Part shown: positions 39,311 through 41,040 of the stretch, one piece after another
How positions within the stretch are numbered: the first letter of the stretch is position 1
How the letters are laid out: each line of letters opens with the position of its first letter
Source: Methylomarinum sp.
GTDB taxonomy: Bacteria; Pseudomonadota; Gammaproteobacteria; Methylococcales; Methylomonadaceae
DNA: 41,040 nucleotides
Reading direction: 5' to 3'
NCBI GenBank assembly: GCA_030636915.1
Contig: DAOVVZ010000001.1
Location: 1-41,040 of the forward strand
Position numbers and translations under genes: made by a program
Notes under the pieces: generated by a model
Database searches by the model: none
Told to the model about the DNA's origin: nothing
Seen by the model: the letters and a program-made list of their open reading frames with translations, nothing else

Positions 39311-39540
39311 TGAGCATTAATAACTACAGACCAGAAGAATTAACAACCCAACGTAAAATTATATCTGATGCAAAGAATGATACTGATGATCTTACATTTA
39401 GCAATAAAGATAAAGTTAGCAAGCGAGGTATTGCATATACTAAGGTTCGTGATATTAAAGATGATTTAGAGCTAGAGGCATTAGCTGAAAATGGTGATAG
39501 AGCTTATCTTGAGTCTTTGGAGTTTAATCATGGATACTAA
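39310..39540 (+). CDS. Hypothetical acidic protein
   Basis: 76-aa ORF. ATGA-type overlap (TAATG) with the upstream gene. Confidence 0.6.
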   Translation: MSINNYRPEELTTQRKIISDAKNDTDDLTFSNKDKVSKRGIAYTKVRDIKDDLELEALAENGDRAYLESLEFNHGY

Positions 39541-39685
39541 TGGATTAAGAGTAATAGGTTATTTAGTTACTAGCCATAAAGCTTGGAAGAATGGAGAGAG
39601 CGTCACTCATGAGGGGTTTTATTCTTACTTTAACCCTCACGGCATAGCCAATCAAGCTATAGCTAATATGATATTGAATTCTTAG
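39530..39685 (+). CDS. Small hypothetical protein (51 aa)
   Basis: I prefer the ATG at 39530 (MDTNGLRVIGYL...), which overlaps the upstream stop by 11 nt, over the longer track ORF from 39491. Confidence 0.45.
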   Translation: MDTNGLRVIGYLVTSHKAWKNGESVTHEGFYSYFNPHGIANQAIANMILNS

Positions 39686-39704
39686 TTTATAGTTGTTACC
39701 AGAT

Positions 39705-39738
39705 AAAATAAAGCCGCTTTAATTAGCGGCTTTTTATT
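39705..39738. terminator. Bidirectional rho-independent terminator
   Basis: AAGCCGCT (39711-39718), 6-nt loop, AGCGGCTT (39725-39732). An A-rich run lies upstream and TTTTATTT downstream. It sits between convergent transcription units. Confidence 0.7.
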
Positions 39739-39880
39739 TGTATTACTCTTGTAGTGGTTAAATTATTTGATATCACTAATGCAAATATGAGTTGGACTTA
39801 CTTCGTCGCAAAACTCTTCTTTATCTTTGTTAATTTTAATCATTTCTTCTTATCCTTTTGTTTAGTGTCTATATGATGGT

Positions 39881-40105
39881 TTATTTAGATAAAGACTTTT
39901 CGTATTCTCGTCCTTTATCAAACATGCTTTGTGCAAAGCTATCGAAAGCTTTTGATACTGTATCCTCTAAATTAGCTATATCAGAATGATTTGGAGATTT
40001 CTTTGTTGCCTCTACATACTCACCTTGCGCAGCAAAACAGAATAAGCTATATAGCTCTGTCTTATCTTTTGTGTTTGTTAATTTCACTAGTGTCTGTATG
40101 TTCAT
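39881..40105 (-). CDS. Hypothetical protein
   Basis: 74-aa ORF. AAGGGG RBS upstream. Confidence 0.6.
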   Translation of the reverse strand: MNIQTLVKLTNTKDKTELYSLFCFAAQGEYVEATKKSPNHSDIANLEDTVSKAFDSFAQSMFDKGREYEKSLSK

Positions 40106-40116
40106 ATTCTTACCCC

Positions 40117-40296
40117 TTATTTGTTAGTTAACTTTGGTTTCTTATCTTTGTTATTAAAGATATCTAGCGGGCTATCTGTTTTTACCCTGTAATCCCCCTG
40201 CTCAAAATCAACAAGATCATTACACCAATCTTTAATAGTTGAATGAGTCATTAACTCGCCGTGTTGCTCTCCTATGTATGATATTTTATCTTTCAT
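40117..40296 (-). CDS. Small hypothetical protein (59 aa)
   Basis: Hand-read ORF MKDKISYIGEQHGELMTHSTIKDWCNDLVDFEQGDYRVKTDSPLDIFNNKDKKPKLTNK. It fits the minus-strand gene series better than the plus-strand ORF 40239..40442. Confidence 0.45.
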   Translation of the reverse strand: MKDKISYIGEQHGELMTHSTIKDWCNDLVDFEQGDYRVKTDSPLDIFNNKDKKPKLTNK

Positions 40297-40334
40297 CTTC
40301 TTTATTCCTTGTTTATGTGATTGATTGGTTAAAC

Positions 40335-40496
40335 TTATCGCAATATTTCTCTAAACGTAATATTTTCAATGTGAGAAATATCTACATCTCTATATTTAAG
40401 CTTGGCCTCGTAGTAACTCACTTTGTATGCATATATACATGAATCTCTAAACTGTAAAATTGCTACTGATGTTATTAATACTAAAAATATAATCAT
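40335..40496 (-). CDS. Small protein with an N-terminal TM segment (53 aa)
   Basis: Hand-read ORF MIIFLVLITSVAILQFRDSCIYAYKVSYYEAKLKYRDVDISHIENITFREILR. AAAGGAGAG RBS upstream. Confidence 0.45.
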   Translation of the reverse strand: MIIFLVLITSVAILQFRDSCIYAYKVSYYEAKLKYRDVDISHIENITFREILR

Positions 40497-40523
40497 TATT
40501 ACTCTCCTTTGTTTATTTACTGG

Positions 40524-40931
40524 TTAGTTTTTAGCGGATTCATCTATTTCATAATCTGCATTAAAAGGCGATCTAGATTCAATATCCTTTTTAAACCTAC
40601 CGGTTGTGTATGTATTTAATGAGCCGCTGTTGTATTTTTTACCTTCTGGATCAATACACCATCTTTTAAATATGACTCTATCCATGTATTTACCGGGCAT
40701 CTTGGCAATTGATAATATTTGATAAATAACCTCACCTTCTGCATTGCCGTAGAAATCCCTAGTCATCCGATAACCAGAGCCGTCACATTCTTCAAACAGC
40801 CAACAACCGGGTTCCCACTGAACAACCTCATCAGTAGCAGGAAATAATCTATTTGCAGCCCTTGCTTCATGAATTATCTTTTTAAAAGGAAAAACCATCC
40901 TATATTCTTTACCAACCTTTAACTCACTCAT
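40524..40931 (-). CDS. Hypothetical protein
   Basis: 135-aa ORF. Its first 32 nt fall in the terminal overlap. No motif recognised. Confidence 0.65.
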   Translation of the reverse strand: MSELKVGKEYRMVFPFKKIIHEARAANRLFPATDEVVQWEPGCWLFEECDGSGYRMTRDFYGNAEGEVIYQILSIAKMPGKYMDRVIFKRWCIDPEGKKYNSGSLNTYTTGRFKKDIESRSPFNADYEIDESAKN

Positions 40932-41040
40932 TCTTATTCGCCTTATGTGTTATTGATAACTACTTAATAGAGCTTTTAATTTGAGCTTCAATAACTTTTA
41001 AATCTTTTTTGTGATCCTTTAACTCTCCATTCAAAAAAGC
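40900..41040. repeat. Terminal overlap copy B (identical to 1-141)
   Basis: Same 141-nt string as positions 1-141. It spans the start of ORF 40524..40931 and the 3' part of ORF 61..327. Confidence 0.97.

Larger units (their letters stand above)
1..40899. mobile_element. One unit-length genome of a tailed dsDNA phage (podovirus-like, P22-type head/neck gene order)
   Basis: Full set of terminase, portal, scaffold, coat, adaptor, hub, ejection-protein and fibre genes plus early and recombination genes. The ends overlap exactly by 141 bp. No tail tube, sheath or tape-measure candidates were seen. Confidence 0.85.

Noticed and set aside
39766-39843. 25-aa minus-strand micro-ORF (MIKINKDKEEFCDEVSPTHICISDIK) next to the bidirectional terminator
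   Set aside because: It is too short and has no recognisable RBS or conservation evidence.
40239-40442. Plus-strand 67-aa ORF
   Set aside because: It is opposed to all neighbours. Two minus-strand ORFs with good RBS (40117..40296 and 40335..40496) occupy the same space.
1-41040. Prophage/lysogeny features (integrase, attP, CI repressor) and plasmid-type partition genes
   Set aside because: None of the ORFs shows tyrosine or serine recombinase, S24 peptidase or ParA/ParB motifs. The Cro-like HTH alone does not establish a temperate lifestyle.

Overview
The window is one complete, circularly closed genome of an AT-rich tailed dsDNA phage. Positions 1-141 are identical to 40900-41040, so the unit length is 40,899 bp. 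I saw no tRNA, rRNA, CRISPR array, integrase, reverse transcriptase, DNA polymerase, primase or helicase. All family assignments are motif recognition from memory on the supplied translations; nothing was searched.

Gene layout, treating the molecule as a circle:
- **Rightward early operon (1323-6783).** It starts from a good sigma70-like promoter. It encodes a replication-initiator-like protein, a G39P-like loader, wHTH proteins, a NinB-like protein, a Ref-like HNH protein and a PD-(D/E)XK nuclease. One reverse-oriented holin-like gene (3168-3581) interrupts it.
- **Long leftward transcription unit (38324 down to 6903).** In order it carries: small early genes, an ERF annealase, a pentapeptide-repeat protein and a DUF5675-centred putative lysis cassette. 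Next comes a large accessory receptor-binding module (34697-26689) with a beta-helix protein and a 1447-aa fibre. The unit ends with a P22-type morphogenesis block: TerS, TerL, a 719-aa portal with a coiled-coil tail, a GroES-like protein, scaffold, HK97-type coat, a gp4-like adaptor, a gp10-like hub, four low-complexity ejection proteins and distal tail fibres.
- **Short rightward operon (38478-39685).** It sits behind a Cro-like HTH gene and ends at a bidirectional terminator.
- **Leftward cluster of small genes.** It runs from 1208 across the circular junction to 39881 and encloses a ~390-bp repeat-rich non-coding region (513-902).

The most interesting candidates:
- the tandem-repeat-encoded pentapeptide-repeat protein in the recombination module;
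- the lysis region with no recognisable canonical endolysin;
- the oversized second receptor-binding module with several kinds of internal repeats;
- the repeat-rich non-coding region;
- an acidic Asp/Ala microsatellite protein in the immediate-early operon.
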